Shown one piece after another: positions 48,572-58,373 of a stretch of DNA of 64,000 nt (positions within the stretch are counted from its first letter, which is position 1; the number at the start of each line of letters is the position of its first letter). The translations under genes were made by a program, and so were the position numbers. The stretch comes from Acidimicrobium ferrooxidans (GTDB lineage Bacteria > Actinomycetota > Geothermincolia > Fen-727 > Anoxymicrobiaceae), in contig DYIU01000003.1 of the NCBI GenBank assembly GCA_020723485.1, forward strand, positions 394,347 through 458,346. The letters run 5' to 3'. The notes beneath the pieces were generated by a model. The model saw only the letters and a program-made list of their open reading frames with translations, ran no database searches and was not told where the DNA came from.

Positions 48572-49093
48572 ATGCTGATAAACACGGAAAGCGTGGAGAT
48601 AACGTGCTCGCAGGACCACCCCGGCGACGAGGACTGGCTGGCGAAGGCGCGCGTGCCTGAGGACCTAACTCCAATCATGCCGTACGTCAACGCAGTCGTG
48701 AAGCGCACTGACTACTACACCGACGTGCCGGCGATAATCTGGATGCACGGAGACCGCAGAGTCGCGGTGCGTCCTCACGAGATAGCCGTGAGCCACGTCG
48801 GCGATACTGAGGAGGCCGCGGTCGAGGTCCGCAAGGTCGTCGACTGGCTCAACGACCTCTGGGAACGGCGGGACGCAGTGACCCCCATGGCGGAGCCGAA
48901 GTCCCTGCCTCCGCTTATGAGCGTCCTGAGGCTTCTGCCGATGAACAACTGCGGGGAATGCGCCCTGCCTACGTGCACCGCTTTCGCGGTCAACCTCATC
49001 GAGGGCGACAGGCGCATCGAGGACTGCCCGGCGCTCACGTCGGAAGAGGGCCGGGAGAGAGCGCGGGCGCTCGAGGACATGGGCCTCACCTGA
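48572..49093 (+). CDS. Fe-S-binding domain protein
   Basis: 'DLTPIMPYVNA' N-domain and C-terminal LP..NCGECALPTC.AFA..CP. Confidence 0.8.
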   Translation: MLINTESVEITCSQDHPGDEDWLAKARVPEDLTPIMPYVNAVVKRTDYYTDVPAIIWMHGDRRVAVRPHEIAVSHVGDTEEAAVEVRKVVDWLNDLWERRDAVTPMAEPKSLPPLMSVLRLLPMNNCGECALPTCTAFAVNLIEGDRRIEDCPALTSEEGRERARALEDMGLT

Positions 49094-49114
49094 GAGGCCC
49101 GGGAAAGGACCGAA

Positions 49115-49783
49115 ATGACCGGACTGAACGAACGGCGCTTCTTCTGCTCCTGGAGCGGAGGCAAGGATGCTTGCCTCGCGCTCTACCGCGCGGTGCAGGC
49201 TGGCGGGAAGCCGGCCGCGCTCCTCACGACGCTGAACGAGGACGGCCTGAGCTCGCGAGGCCATGGCATAGAGCCGGGCTTGTTGCGGGCCCAGGCTGAG
49301 AGCCTCGGGATCGAGCTGGTCACCAGGCCCACGAGCTGGGAAGGCTACCGGGAAGAGTTCCTGGCCGCTGCGCGGACGCTGGCCGGCGGAGGGGTCGGGA
49401 TCGGCGTTTTCGGAGATATAGACCTCCAGGTGCACCGTGACTGGATCGAAGACGTCACGTCCGACGCGGGGGTGGAGCCGTTCTTCCCGCTGTGGAAGTG
49501 CGAACGCTCCGAGCTGGTCGGCCAGTTCATCGATGCAGGTTTCAAGGCCACCGTCATCTCTGTGAAGGAAGAGGTGCTGCCGGCCGGGCTCCTGGGGGAG
49601 GAGCTCACCGCCGAGACGCTCGCTGCGATAGAGAAAGCGGGGGCGGACCTCTGCGGTGAGGACGGCGAGTACCATACCATTGTGACCGACGGACCTCTGT
49701 TCATGACGCCGCTCGAGCTGGTGACCGGCGGCACGTCCGAGCGCGACGGCTACACGGTACTCGATATCCGGGGCAAGGCATGA
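49115..49783 (+). CDS. Diphthine-ammonia-ligase-like ATP pyrophosphatase (MJ0570 family)
   Basis: SWSGGKD PP-loop, FGDI, PLW and CGEDGEYHT.V.DGPLF motifs. Confidence 0.88.
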   Translation: MTGLNERRFFCSWSGGKDACLALYRAVQAGGKPAALLTTLNEDGLSSRGHGIEPGLLRAQAESLGIELVTRPTSWEGYREEFLAAARTLAGGGVGIGVFGDIDLQVHRDWIEDVTSDAGVEPFFPLWKCERSELVGQFIDAGFKATVISVKEEVLPAGLLGEELTAETLAAIEKAGADLCGEDGEYHTIVTDGPLFMTPLELVTGGTSERDGYTVLDIRGKA

Positions 49784-49815
49784 GAGTCTATCTCGGCGAC
49801 CTGGAAGGAGTGCGC

Positions 49816-50604
49816 ATGAGAACAGTGAGCCTGACGGCGGTTGCCCTGCTGGTTGCGGTCGCCTTGACCTCCGGCGCGGGCTGCGGGACATCGACAGGTG
49901 GGGGCGGGCGCCTGGAAGGGACCCGCTGGGCGCTCGAGTCCTACGACTCCGGTGGCCGGGCGGTGGGAGTGCCCTCCGGGTCCGAGGTAGACGCCACCTT
50001 CGAGAACGGGCGGGTGAGCGGGTCTTCTGGGGTCAACACCTACAGCGGGGAATACGTCCTCTCCGGGAGCCGGCTCACCATAAGCAAGCTGGCGTCCACC
50101 CTGATGGCCGGGCCTCAGGAGCTCATGGACCTGGAGCAGGCGTACCTGGGTCTCCTGGAGCAGACTGCTTCATACACCGCGGAGGATGGCGGGCTTACCC
50201 TGTTCGGCAAGAACGGCGACGTGCTGCTCGAGTACTCAAAAGGCAAAGCCGCCTCCCTCACGGGCGGCACGTGGAACGTCATAAGCTACTATAACGGCCG
50301 CGATGCGTTGACCAGCGTAATAAACGGCACCGCGCTCACCTCCGTCTTTGGAAAGGACGGCGCCGTCACCGGCTCGGGAGGCGTGAACACCTACCGCGCG
50401 TCGTACAGCACGAGCGGGAAGAAGATCACCATCGGCACGCCGACGACGACCCTTATGGCAGCGACCGACCCGGCCGTCTCGCAGCAGGAGACCGAGTTCC
50501 TTGCCGCCCTCGAGCTGGCGGTCGAATTCGAGGTAACGGGAAGCTCACTCAAGCTGTTGCGCGAAGGCGGAACGATCGCGGTCACATACGAGCTCGCAGA
50601 GTAG
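49816..50604 (+). CDS. Double META (HslJ-like) domain lipoprotein
   Basis: Lipobox GAGC and two 'L.GT.W..GS.GVNTY..TLMA..E..L..L' domains. Confidence 0.85.
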   Translation: MRTVSLTAVALLVAVALTSGAGCGTSTGGGGRLEGTRWALESYDSGGRAVGVPSGSEVDATFENGRVSGSSGVNTYSGEYVLSGSRLTISKLASTLMAGPQELMDLEQAYLGLLEQTASYTAEDGGLTLFGKNGDVLLEYSKGKAASLTGGTWNVISYYNGRDALTSVINGTALTSVFGKDGAVTGSGGVNTYRASYSTSGKKITIGTPTTTLMAATDPAVSQQETEFLAALELAVEFEVTGSSLKLLREGGTIAVTYELAE

Positions 50605-50714
50605 CGCAGCACCGATTCACCTTGAAAACCACCTGCGGATAGTACTATGATACCCGCGGGTCAAAACAACGGTCTGATGTGGGCGGACCCGGCCCCGAGC
50701 TCAAGGAGGCAGAG

Positions 50715-51236
50715 ATGGCATGTGAATGCGCCGAGTGCACCGAACACGGAGGGCCGAACCCGATAATAATGACGTTCCGGGTCATGGTCATCGTGGCCCA
50801 GATGGTCCTGGGAGCCTACGGGATGCTCAAGGAACGCTCGTATAAAGCCCTCTGGGCGTGGCTGGGTGCGCTCGCCCTGTTCTGGACAATACCGCGCTAT
50901 CTCATCTGCGCCCGGTGCCCCGGGTACGGGCAGAAATGCTACAGCCTGTACCTGGGCAAGATAACCTCGATGTATATGCTGAAGGTGGAGGGACACGAGC
51001 AGGAGCACCCTTCGAGCCTGGCGATCGGGCTGGAAGTGCTCTCACTCGCAACCATCAGCAACGCCCCGGCTATCGGGCTGCGCGGGGACAAGAAGCTCCT
51101 GCGGCTCTACATGCTCCTGTCGACGATAACCCTCTGGAGCCAGTTCCTCCACGCCTGCAGGCACTGCGCCACATACGGCGAGGGCTGGAAGAAGGACTGC
51201 CCGTCAGCCCAGACCTACCGCAGGCTGTTCGGGTAA
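50715..51236 (+). CDS. Cys-rich membrane protein, unknown function
   Basis: Four TM segments with CECAEC, CARCPGYGQKC and CRHC..DCP. AAGGAGG RBS. Confidence 0.7.
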   Translation: MACECAECTEHGGPNPIIMTFRVMVIVAQMVLGAYGMLKERSYKALWAWLGALALFWTIPRYLICARCPGYGQKCYSLYLGKITSMYMLKVEGHEQEHPSSLAIGLEVLSLATISNAPAIGLRGDKKLLRLYMLLSTITLWSQFLHACRHCATYGEGWKKDCPSAQTYRRLFG

Positions 51237-51277
51237 GCAGGTCAGGCTTTAACGCTTGTGCCGGATGAGTTGAAAAC

Positions 51278-51306
51278 GCAACAAAATGACCTGACCCCGA
51301 TTTTGC
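51278..51306 (-). repeat. Dispersed GGGGTCAGGTC-core repeat (singlet)
   Basis: Reverse complement is GCAAAATCGGGGTCAGGTCATTTTGTTGC, identical to 59880-59908. Confidence 0.88.
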
Positions 51307-51355
51307 GTTCTGTGCTAGGATTCAGCTACCTTTGAGGCAATCCAGGGAGGCGCGG

Positions 51356-52876
51356 GTGCAGGTAGTGTTCCATCCATTTCTGCTGGCGGTCGCGCCCGTC
51401 CTCTTTCTTTACGCGTTCAATATAGACCAGGTCGTCTTCGGGGATGCGCTCTGGCCGCTGCTGGTGAGCCTCGCGGTAGCGTCCGCCCTCTTCTTCGCGC
51501 TTTCGGCCCTGCTGAAGAACAAGAAAGAGGCGGGACTCCTGGTCTCGCTGGGCCTTATCCTGTTCTTCTCCTACGGGCACCTGATGAGCGTCCTGCGCGA
51601 ACTCGGCCTGACCGACGGCCCGTGGCTCTGGCTCCCCGTGTTCGCGGCCGCCTTCGCCGCCGGGGCGTTCCTCGTCGTCAGGTACCGGGACAGGCTCACG
51701 ACGCCCACCTACCTGCTCAACGTGGTAGCGATAGTGCTCGTAGGCCTCTCGCTCTTCAACATTGTCAGCCACGAGCTGCGCTCGAAACCGGAGGTGCCGC
51801 AGCCGGACATCGTGGTAAAGGAGGGAAAGAAGCCCGCCGGGGTGACGGAGCCACCGGATATCTACTACATCATCCTCGACGCTTACGGCTCTCAGAGCAC
51901 GCTGGAGGAGGCTTACGGCTTCGATAACAGCGAGTTCCTCGGGTTTCTCCAGGAGAAGGGATTCTACGTCCCCGAGGACTCGAGGAGCAACTACTTCGAG
52001 ACGTTCCTGTCGCTCTCCTCAGCGCTCAACATGGAGTACCTGGGCTTCCTGGAGAAGGACCCGGGCCCGGACTCGAACGACCGCTCGATCCCCTACCAGA
52101 TGCTGCAGGACAACGCCGTCGCGCGCTTCCTGAAGTCGAGCGGCTACGAGTATGTCTTCTTCGCCTCCGGCTGGTCCGGGACGTCCCACAGCCGGGCCGC
52201 CGACCGCGTTGTAGCCGAGCACCACCTCTTTGACAACGAGTTCTGGAACGCGCTTGTCAGGACCACCGCCCTTCGGCCGCTCGCGCGCAACTGGCTGTTC
52301 ACAAGGGCGGCGGTGAACGCCACTTTCGAGCGGATACCGGAGGCGGTCGGCAGGTCGGACGGGCCGGCGTTCGTCTTCGCGCACATCGTCCCGCCGCACC
52401 ACCCGTTCAGGTTCGCCGCGGACGGCGGCTTGCCGGAGCCGGCGGGATCTGGCGTCGAGGCCAGGAAAGCCGCCTACGTAGAGCAGGTCCAGTACGTGAA
52501 CGGCAAGATAGAGGAACTGGTAGACGATCTGCTGTCCCGGGAGGGCCCGCGGCCGGTCATCATCATCCAGGGAGACCACGGTCCGAGCTACGCGGGGAAC
52601 CCGGCCAGCCGAGAGGCGTCTCCCGGCAAGAGGGAGCCGGTGGACGAATACGTCCAGGAGCGCTCCGGCATCCTCAACGCATACTACCTGCCGGCGCCGG
52701 ACGGCGGAACCGTCTCTCTCTACGAGGGAATCTCACCGGTCAACAGCTTCCGAGAGGTGTTCGACCTGTACCTGGGGACGGGCATGGAGAGGCTTCCAGA
52801 CCGCATCTACTACTCCACCTACAGCCGCCCGTTCGACTTCCGCGACGTCACCGACACGGTGAAGGACGCCGACTGA
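51356..52876 (+). CDS. Membrane-bound sulfatase/LTA-synthase-like phosphotransferase
   Basis: Five TM helices, then PDIYYIILDAY, SNY..T..S, H..PPHHPF and QGDHG. Confidence 0.82.
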   Translation: MQVVFHPFLLAVAPVLFLYAFNIDQVVFGDALWPLLVSLAVASALFFALSALLKNKKEAGLLVSLGLILFFSYGHLMSVLRELGLTDGPWLWLPVFAAAFAAGAFLVVRYRDRLTTPTYLLNVVAIVLVGLSLFNIVSHELRSKPEVPQPDIVVKEGKKPAGVTEPPDIYYIILDAYGSQSTLEEAYGFDNSEFLGFLQEKGFYVPEDSRSNYFETFLSLSSALNMEYLGFLEKDPGPDSNDRSIPYQMLQDNAVARFLKSSGYEYVFFASGWSGTSHSRAADRVVAEHHLFDNEFWNALVRTTALRPLARNWLFTRAAVNATFERIPEAVGRSDGPAFVFAHIVPPHHPFRFAADGGLPEPAGSGVEARKAAYVEQVQYVNGKIEELVDDLLSREGPRPVIIIQGDHGPSYAGNPASREASPGKREPVDEYVQERSGILNAYYLPAPDGGTVSLYEGISPVNSFREVFDLYLGTGMERLPDRIYYSTYSRPFDFRDVTDTVKDAD

Positions 52877-53067
52877 GCTCCGGCTCAACGTGAAACAGCC
52901 ACGAATGCATACTCTGCAGAGTGCCCAAGACCCGGCACGCGTTCAATCAACGCTTTGAGTTCCGTTACGGCCCGTCATGGTACGGCGCGGTCAAGGGGGC
53001 GGTGGCCGGTTTACTCAATGCGTTGAGTAATCCCCGCCGGGGGCAGGCCGGCAAACCCGGGACAGGC

Positions 53068-53232
53068 GGTGTCGGACATTTGCATAACAAAACCAACAAC
53101 AGTTGACCGATGAATCATCCTCAACGGAAACAGCCTCTTCGAGGCTCTCGAAGTCGGCTCAGCCGTTATTCATGTTGCTTGTGTTGCTTTCTGGTAAGAG
53201 AAATGCTTTTTGTGACGCAAACGCCCGACACC
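53068..53232 (-). other. 165-nt inverted-repeat-bounded element (structured RNA or MITE)
   Basis: 25-nt terminal arms, 21/25 complementary, plus nested inner helices, in a convergent intergenic region. Confidence 0.55.
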
Positions 53233-53264
53233 ATCGATCGTCCGACTCCCCCCACAAACCTTGT

Positions 53265-54125
53265 TTAAAGGAATGCATTCCACGGGGCGCCTCCCGAGCC
53301 CCTGACGGACTGCTGGTGATTTTCTCGTTCGCGTGGCCTATGCGTGGCTTCAGACATCTCACTGACGAGACGGGAGAGGGGCTCGAGGCTGCCATCCGTT
53401 TCGGCGACAGCTTTCATGAGGGCACTGCCGACGATGACGCCGTCGGCCATCGCCGCGGCCTCGCGGCACTGCTCCGGCGTCGAGATGCCGACCCCCACCG
53501 CGATGGGGCATGAGGCATGCTCGCGGACGCGGGCCAGGAACCCGGGCAGCCCGGGCGGCAGCGATTCTCGCGCGCCCGTGGTGCCGAGCTGCGAGACGCA
53601 GTAGAGGAACCCTGTGGTCGCCGCGGCCGCCGCCCCGAGCCTCTGGGGGCTCGTCGTCGGCGCGCAGAACGCGACGGTCGCGAGCCCCGCGGAATCACAG
53701 GCCGCCTTGAGGGGGCCCATCTCTTCGACCGGCAGGTCCGGGACCACGAGCCCGTCGGCGCCCGCCGAATGGGCGCGGTGGGCAAAGCGCTCGAGCCCGT
53801 AGCGGAAGACCGGGTTGTAGTAGGTCATGATAAGGAGGGGGCGCGCGGTCCCGCCCCGGACCTCACGGAGGAGGTCCAGTACCGAATCGACCGTCGCGCC
53901 GGCCGAGAGCGCCGCGACGCTTGTCTTCTGTATCACCGGGCCGTCCATCACCGGGTCAGAGAACGGCACGCCTATCTCGACGGCGTCCGCTCCCGCCGCG
54001 AGCATTGCACGGACCACCTCCGCGCTCCGCTTCCGGTCGGGGTAGCATCCCGTGGCGTACGTTATGAGTGCGGCCCCTGACGGTGCGGCCACCTGGAACA
54101 TCTCCCTCAGTGCTTCTGCGCTCAC
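53265..54125 (-). CDS. trpA: Tryptophan synthase alpha
   Basis: [27 protein letters not shown] and ADGVIVGSA motifs. Confidence 0.95.
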   Translation of the reverse strand: MSAEALREMFQVAAPSGAALITYATGCYPDRKRSAEVVRAMLAAGADAVEIGVPFSDPVMDGPVIQKTSVAALSAGATVDSVLDLLREVRGGTARPLLIMTYYNPVFRYGLERFAHRAHSAGADGLVVPDLPVEEMGPLKAACDSAGLATVAFCAPTTSPQRLGAAAAATTGFLYCVSQLGTTGARESLPPGLPGFLARVREHASCPIAVGVGISTPEQCREAAAMADGVIVGSALMKAVAETDGSLEPLSRLVSEMSEATHRPRERENHQQSVRGSGGAPWNAFL

Positions 54126-55300
54126 ATGTGCTCCTTCATGGTCTCAAGGTCTTTGTCCCCCCGTCCGGAGAGGCAGACGACAATTGACTGCCCAGGGCGC
54201 ATCCCCGGCGCGGCGCGCATGGCGTAGGCCACTGCATGGGCGCTCTCGAGTGCCGGCAGGATGCCCTCAGTCCTCGCGAGGAAGCGCGCCGCCTCGAGAG
54301 CTTCGCCGTCGCTCGCGCTCGTGTAGGTCGCAAGCCCTTCCTCCTTCATGCGGGCGTGCTCAGGCCCGACACCCGGGTAGTCGAGGCCGGCCGAGACCGA
54401 GTGGGTATCCGCCACCTGTCCATCGCCGTCCTGCAGCAGGTAGCTCATGGCGCCGTGCAGGACGCCGACCTCGCCCAGGCCCAGTGTCGCGCCGTGCTCG
54501 CCGGGCGCCGCGCCCCGACCCCCTGCCTCCACCCCCATGAGCAAGGGGCCCTCCCCGACGAACGGCGCGAACATCCCCATGGCGTTGCTGCCGCCCCCGA
54601 CGCAGGCCACAAGCACGTCCGGCATCTTCCCCTCGGCCGCCAGGAACTGTTCGAGCATCTCCGTCCCTATCACTGACTGGAACTCGGCAACCATCCCCGG
54701 GAACGGGTGGGGCCCGACCACCGAGCCGATGCAGTAGTGGGTCCCGGACACGTTCTCGACCCAGTCGCGCAGGGCCTCGTTTATCGCGTCTTTCAGTGTG
54801 CGGGAGCCGCTCCCGACCGGCCTGACCTCCGCGCCAAGGAGCTCCATCCTGGAGACGTTGGGCGCCTGGCGCTCTATGTCGACCTCCCCCATGTAGACCA
54901 CGCACTCCTGGGAGAAGAGCGCGGCGGCGGTCGCGCAGGCGACGCCGTGCTGCCCGGCGCCCGTTTCCGCTATCACCCTGGGCTTACCCATCCGGCGCGC
55001 GAGCAGGCACTGCCCCAGGGTGTTGTTGAGCTTGTGCGAGCCGGTGTGGCAGAGGTCCTCCCGCTTGAGGTAGACCGTCGCGCCGCCAAGAAGGCGGGTC
55101 ATGTTGTCCGCCCTGTAGAGGGGGGTTGGACGGCCGGCGTACTCGCGCCTCAGGCGAGAGGACTCCGCTGTGAAAGCCCCGTCCCGCTTCGCCTCGAGGA
55201 ACGCCTCCTCGAGCTCGAGCAGCGCCGCCATCAGCGGTTCGGGAACGAACCTGCCTCCGAACCTGCCGTAGTATCCTTTCTTTGCGTCGATCATCTGCAT
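54122..55300 (-). CDS. trpB: Tryptophan synthase beta
   Basis: [41 protein letters not shown] and LSGRGDKD motifs. Confidence 0.97.
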   Translation of the reverse strand: MQMIDAKKGYYGRFGGRFVPEPLMAALLELEEAFLEAKRDGAFTAESSRLRREYAGRPTPLYRADNMTRLLGGATVYLKREDLCHTGSHKLNNTLGQCLLARRMGKPRVIAETGAGQHGVACATAAALFSQECVVYMGEVDIERQAPNVSRMELLGAEVRPVGSGSRTLKDAINEALRDWVENVSGTHYCIGSVVGPHPFPGMVAEFQSVIGTEMLEQFLAAEGKMPDVLVACVGGGSNAMGMFAPFVGEGPLLMGVEAGGRGAAPGEHGATLGLGEVGVLHGAMSYLLQDGDGQVADTHSVSAGLDYPGVGPEHARMKEEGLATYTSASDGEALEAARFLARTEGILPALESAHAVAYAMRAAPGMRPGQSIVVCLSGRGDKDLETMKEHM

Positions 55301-55914
55301 GCCTCCATGCCGGCGTTCCTCGCCTCTTCCACGAACCTCCGCATGAGCGCGTGGTCCTTCTTCCGGGGAGCGCGCTCCACCCCGCTTGCGACGTCCACCC
55401 CGAACGGCTGCGCGAGCCTGACCGCTTCAGCGACGTTCTCCGGGGCCAGGCCTCCAGCGATGAGTGTGCGCCTCGCGGCCGCGAATGGCCTGGCGGCTCT
55501 CCAGTCAAAACCGTCTCCGGGCCCGGCCCGCCGCCCGGTCTTGGGGGCTTCCAGCAAGACGAGGGAACACCCATGGCCCGTCACGGCGCCGACCGCGGGT
55601 ACGTCCTCAAGCCTGACGGTCCTTATCACCATCCCGCCGAGCGCCGAGCAGTACTCCGGGCTCTCGCTGCCGTGGAGCTGGACCATGTCCAGCCCGCAGC
55701 GCTCGACCACATCGAGTACATCCTCTAGCGGGCTGTCGGCGAACACGCCCACCTTCGTCACCCCGCGGGGCACTGACCCGGCGATGCGGCGCGCGCACTC
55801 CGGCGTCACCCTCCTCGGGCTCTCCGCGAAGATGAAACCGACCGCGTCCGCCCCCAGCTCAGCAGCGCAAAGGGCGTCCTCGAGCCTGGTGATGCCGCAG
55901 ATCTTCACCCACAT
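55291..55914 (-). CDS. trpF: Phosphoribosylanthranilate isomerase
   Basis: VKICGIT, QLHGSE, AGGL and GVDVASGVE motifs. Confidence 0.95.
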   Translation of the reverse strand: MWVKICGITRLEDALCAAELGADAVGFIFAESPRRVTPECARRIAGSVPRGVTKVGVFADSPLEDVLDVVERCGLDMVQLHGSESPEYCSALGGMVIRTVRLEDVPAVGAVTGHGCSLVLLEAPKTGRRAGPGDGFDWRAARPFAAARRTLIAGGLAPENVAEAVRLAQPFGVDVASGVERAPRKKDHALMRRFVEEARNAGMEACR

Positions 55915-56729
55915 CCCTGGTCGGCCCCCTCAGTTTCCGCGAGCGTGCCGGCGGCTGCCGCGACCAGCTCGCGCAGCCTGTCTCCCGGACTCGCGGCTCT
56001 CATGAGTTCCTCCCCTATGAGGAGCGCGTCCACGCCCATCTCCGACAGCTCCCTGACTCTCTCGACGGTCCTTATTCCGCTCTCGCTCACAACCGTCACA
56101 CCGTCCGGGATGAGTCGCAGGAGCCTCTCCGTGGTCGAGGGGTCCACCTCCAGTGTGCGGAGGTCACGGTTGTTGATGCCTACGATCTCCGCCCCCGCTT
56201 CCAGGGCTCGTGCGATACCCGCCGCCGTGTGTGCCTCCACCAGCGCGTCGACGCCCAGCTCGAGGCTCTGCGTCACGAGGGTCTCGAGCACCGAATCCTC
56301 CAGGGCTTCCGCTATGAGAAGCACCGCCGAGGCGCCATACGCGGCCGCTTCCAGGACCTGGTACGGCAGGCTGACGAAGTCCTTGCGGAGCAGGGGCAGG
56401 CCGCAGGCCGCCCCCGCCAGGGCGAGGTCGTAGATGCTTCCGCCGAACCTGTACTCGCAAGTGAGCACCGACACAGCCGCGGCCCCCGCTTCCTGGTATG
56501 CCGTGGCGTGCCTGCCGACGTCGGCGCCGGCCGCTATCGGGCCCGCCGAGGGCGACATCTTCTTCACCTCCGCGATGATACGGGCGCCCCCGCCCCTCGT
56601 CACAGCCTGCTTGAAACCGGGCGCGGGCCCGAGCCACCCGAGGCGCCGCTCGAGGTAATCCGCGCCGATGAGCTCCATCCTGTCCCGTGCCGCGTGCCTC
56701 GAGGACGCCATCGCCTCGTCAATGAACAT
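55905..56729 (-). CDS. trpC: Indole-3-glycerol phosphate synthase
   Basis: IIAEVK..SPS, LRKDF, GINNRDL and SESGI motifs. Confidence 0.95.
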   Translation of the reverse strand: MFIDEAMASSRHAARDRMELIGADYLERRLGWLGPAPGFKQAVTRGGGARIIAEVKKMSPSAGPIAAGADVGRHATAYQEAGAAAVSVLTCEYRFGGSIYDLALAGAACGLPLLRKDFVSLPYQVLEAAAYGASAVLLIAEALEDSVLETLVTQSLELGVDALVEAHTAAGIARALEAGAEIVGINNRDLRTLEVDPSTTERLLRLIPDGVTVVSESGIRTVERVRELSEMGVDALLIGEELMRAASPGDRLRELVAAAAGTLAETEGADQGCG

Positions 56730-57774
56730 CAGTTGCCTCCACGTTGTCTACTGCCGACGGGAGGTCGGAGCTACAGTAGTCGATGAGCCTCTCGAGGACC
56801 CGGGCCGCCTCCCCGGTCTCCACGGCGCGGCCGGCCATCTCCACGGCCTCGGCGAGCGAGCCCGCCGCGCCGGACGCGAGCACTGCGAACGACGCGTTGG
56901 CAACCGCCACGTCCCTTCTCGGGCCGGCGCGCCCCTCGAGCACCTCCAGCGTTATCTCGGCGTTGCGCCGGGCGTCCCCTCCCTCGAGCTCGCCCTCCGT
57001 GCACCGCTCGAACCCAAGGTCCTCGGGCGCGAGGACGTATTCCAGCAGGCTTCCCGACCTTACCTCGCAGACGCTCGTCTCCTCCACCAGCGTGAATTCG
57101 TCCATGCCGTCCAGGCCGTGGAGCACGAAAGCGCTGCGGCGCCCCAGCTGGCTCAAGGTGCTGCCCACCGTCCTCACGAGTTCGGGCCTGTTCACCCCAA
57201 CGACCTGGGAGGTCGCTCCCGCCGGGTTGACCAGGGGCCCGAGCACGTTGAATATCGTCGGGATGCCCAGGGCCTTCCGGGGCCCCGCTACCCTGCGCAT
57301 GGCCGGGTGGAACACCGGCGCGAACATGAACCCGATGCCGACCTTCTCTATGCACGCCCGCACCTGCTCCGGCTCCATCTCGACCCGCACCCCGAGCGCC
57401 TCGAGCACATCGGCGCTGCCGCACCGGGAAGACACTCCCCTGTTGCCGTGCTTGGCGACCGGCACCCCGCATGCGGCTGTGATGAACGCCGCGGTCGTCG
57501 ATATGTTGAAGGTGCCCTTCCCGTCCCCGCCGGTGCCGCACGTGTCGACGAGCCTGTCCACCCGGGGGGTGATGGAGACCTCCACCTCGCGCATGCCCTC
57601 GACGAAACCGGCTATCTCGCCCGCCGACTCGCCCCGGGCCTTCAGGGCTACCAGCAGCCCCCCGATGACCGAGTCCGGCACGTCCCCCGAGAGTATCTCG
57701 ACAGCCGCGCGCCGCGACTCGTCACGGTCGAGGTTCCTGCCCGAGACGAGCTTCTCGATAGCTTCGGTCAACAT
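56719..57774 (-). CDS. trpD: Anthranilate phosphoribosyltransferase
   Basis: DTCGTGGD, FNIST, AKHGNR..SS..GSAD and FN.LGPL.NP motifs. Confidence 0.95.
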   Translation of the reverse strand: MLTEAIEKLVSGRNLDRDESRRAAVEILSGDVPDSVIGGLLVALKARGESAGEIAGFVEGMREVEVSITPRVDRLVDTCGTGGDGKGTFNISTTAAFITAACGVPVAKHGNRGVSSRCGSADVLEALGVRVEMEPEQVRACIEKVGIGFMFAPVFHPAMRRVAGPRKALGIPTIFNVLGPLVNPAGATSQVVGVNRPELVRTVGSTLSQLGRRSAFVLHGLDGMDEFTLVEETSVCEVRSGSLLEYVLAPEDLGFERCTEGELEGGDARRNAEITLEVLEGRAGPRRDVAVANASFAVLASGAAGSLAEAVEMAGRAVETGEAARVLERLIDYCSSDLPSAVDNVEATDVH

Positions 57775-58373
57775 ATAGTCCCCCTTCCGTTCGCTCCACT
57801 CATCGCCAGGAAGTTGCCGAGGAGCTCGAGCCCGCCGTCGGTCAGGATGGACTCCGGGTGGAACTGTACGCCCTCGACCGGATGCTCCCTGTGACGCAGG
57901 CCCATCACTAGACCGTCCTCGCTGTAGCACGTGACCTCGAGGCACTCCGGCACGCTCTCCCGGTCTACGACCAGCGAGTGGTACCGGGTCGCTACGAGGG
58001 GGCTTTCGAGCCCCGCGAAGATGGTGCGCCCGTCGTGCGACACACGCGACGTTTTCCCGTGCACCGGCGCCGGGCCGCGGACTACCCGCCCTCCCATGAC
58101 GTGCCCGATCACCTGGTGGCCCAGGCACACCCCGAGGACGGGCACCACTCCCGCGAACGCGCGCACCGCGTCGCAGGATACGCCGGCGTCCTTCGGCCCC
58201 CCCGGGCCGGGTGATATGACCAGGTGCGTGGGGCAGAGCGCCCGGATGCCCTCGACGTCTATCTCGTCGTTCCTGCAGACGCGCACCTCGCTGCCCAGCT
58301 GCATCAGGTACTGCGACAGGTTGTAGGTGAACGAGTCGTAGTTATCTATCAGTACCGCCAGGGGTTCTCCCAT
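57768..58373 (-). CDS. trpG: Anthranilate synthase component II
   Basis: IDNYDSFTYN, ISPGPG, GVCLGHQ, RYHSL and QFHPES motifs. Confidence 0.95.
   Translation of the reverse strand: MGEPLAVLIDNYDSFTYNLSQYLMQLGSEVRVCRNDEIDVEGIRALCPTHLVISPGPGGPKDAGVSCDAVRAFAGVVPVLGVCLGHQVIGHVMGGRVVRGPAPVHGKTSRVSHDGRTIFAGLESPLVATRYHSLVVDRESVPECLEVTCYSEDGLVMGLRHREHPVEGVQFHPESILTDGGLELLGNFLAMSGANGRGTIC

Noticed and set aside
49115..49783. Diphthamide biosynthesis
   Set aside because: Bacterial context with no other dph genes; only family-level similarity.
53100..53173. Selenoprotein-like read-through (MNNG-TGA-ADFE..) on the minus strand
   Set aside because: No RBS, no redox-motif context and no recognisable product. 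The hairpin is better explained by the 165-nt element.
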